Shown here: piece after piece, positions 63,532 to 64,000 of the stretch
How positions within the stretch are numbered: the first letter of the stretch is position 1
Layout of the letters: each line of letters begins with the position of its first letter
From: a bacterium
GTDB taxonomy: Bacteria > Zhuqueibacterota > Zhuqueibacteria > Residuimicrobiales > Krinioviventaceae
Assembly (NCBI GenBank): GCA_963675755.2
Contig: CAXXMD010000002.1
Span: 448,001-512,000 of the forward strand
Reading direction: 5' to 3'
Length of the DNA: 64,000 bases
The notes under the pieces: model-generated
The model's input: only the letters and a program-made list of their open reading frames with translations
The model's database searches: none
What the model was told of the DNA's origin: nothing
Made by a program: the position numbers and the translations under genes

Positions 63532-64000
63532 ATGTCTCTCGGTACTGATATAAAAATACTTTTGGTTGAAGATGCTGCTGTTATGCGGAAGATGGAATTA
63601 AAGACATTAAAGTCATTGGGCTTTGAAAATATTATTGAAGCCCCTGACGGTCAGGCCGCTCAAGATATCCTTGAAGCAGACAGTTCAATTCAACTAGTGA
63701 TCAGTGACTGGAACATGCCCAATAAAAGCGGCTATGATCTTTTGTTATGGGTGAGACAGAGTGAAACATATAAAGATCTGCCTTTTCTTATGGCTACAGG
63801 TCGTGGTGAAAAAAAAGAAATGGCAAAGGCTGACAGTGCTGGTGTTAGCAGCTTTATTTCAAAACCATTCGATGCAAGTGAATTAAGTGAAAAGATACAA
63901 GAAGCCTTTGGCATGGGCCAGCCAGCTGAGCAAAAGGTCAATCGTGTAATTCAAACCGCTCCTTCCGGCAAGATATTGCTTCGCATTGGTCATATTCAAA
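63532..64000 (+). CDS. CheY-like receiver-domain protein continuing beyond the window (not in ORF track)
   Basis: MSLGTDIKILLVEDAAVMRK...VISDWNMP...MATG...ISKPF...LRIGHIQ; GGAGGA SD. Confidence 0.85.
   Translation, partial: MSLGTDIKILLVEDAAVMRKMELKTLKSLGFENIIEAPDGQAAQDILEADSSIQLVISDWNMPNKSGYDLLLWVRQSETYKDLPFLMATGRGEKKEMAKADSAGVSSFISKPFDASELSEKIQEAFGMGQPAEQKVNRVIQTAPSGKILLRIGHIQ

Overview
AT-rich bacterial window. A PorV-like gene, a CTD-like protein, a large TonB-dependent receptor and strong Shine-Dalgarno motifs suggest an FCB-superphylum lineage such as KSB1 or Calditrichota (inference). Most genes are catabolic or housekeeping: SSS transporters, araB, galK, GH2, clpP, trehalose synthesis, a Zn/Mn ABC transporter and two-component systems. 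Four genes appear split by single-base shifts in homopolymer runs. The first standout locus (~29.9-31.4 kb) is an initiator tRNA-Met followed by five truncated tRNA-derived repeats. In each repeat a 16-nt REP-like palindrome replaces part of the anticodon/variable arm, and each is followed by its own terminator. The repeats are interleaved with two near-identical 85-aa GIY-YIG nuclease genes and a third, decayed copy. The second (~52-63 kb) is a minus-strand cluster with an Omp85-like barrel, a kinase-fold lipoprotein, two NTT (ATP/ADP translocase-like) transporters, a cNMP-binding protein, a PAP2 phosphatase and two-component genes. All calls come from reading the sequence by eye; no searches were run.
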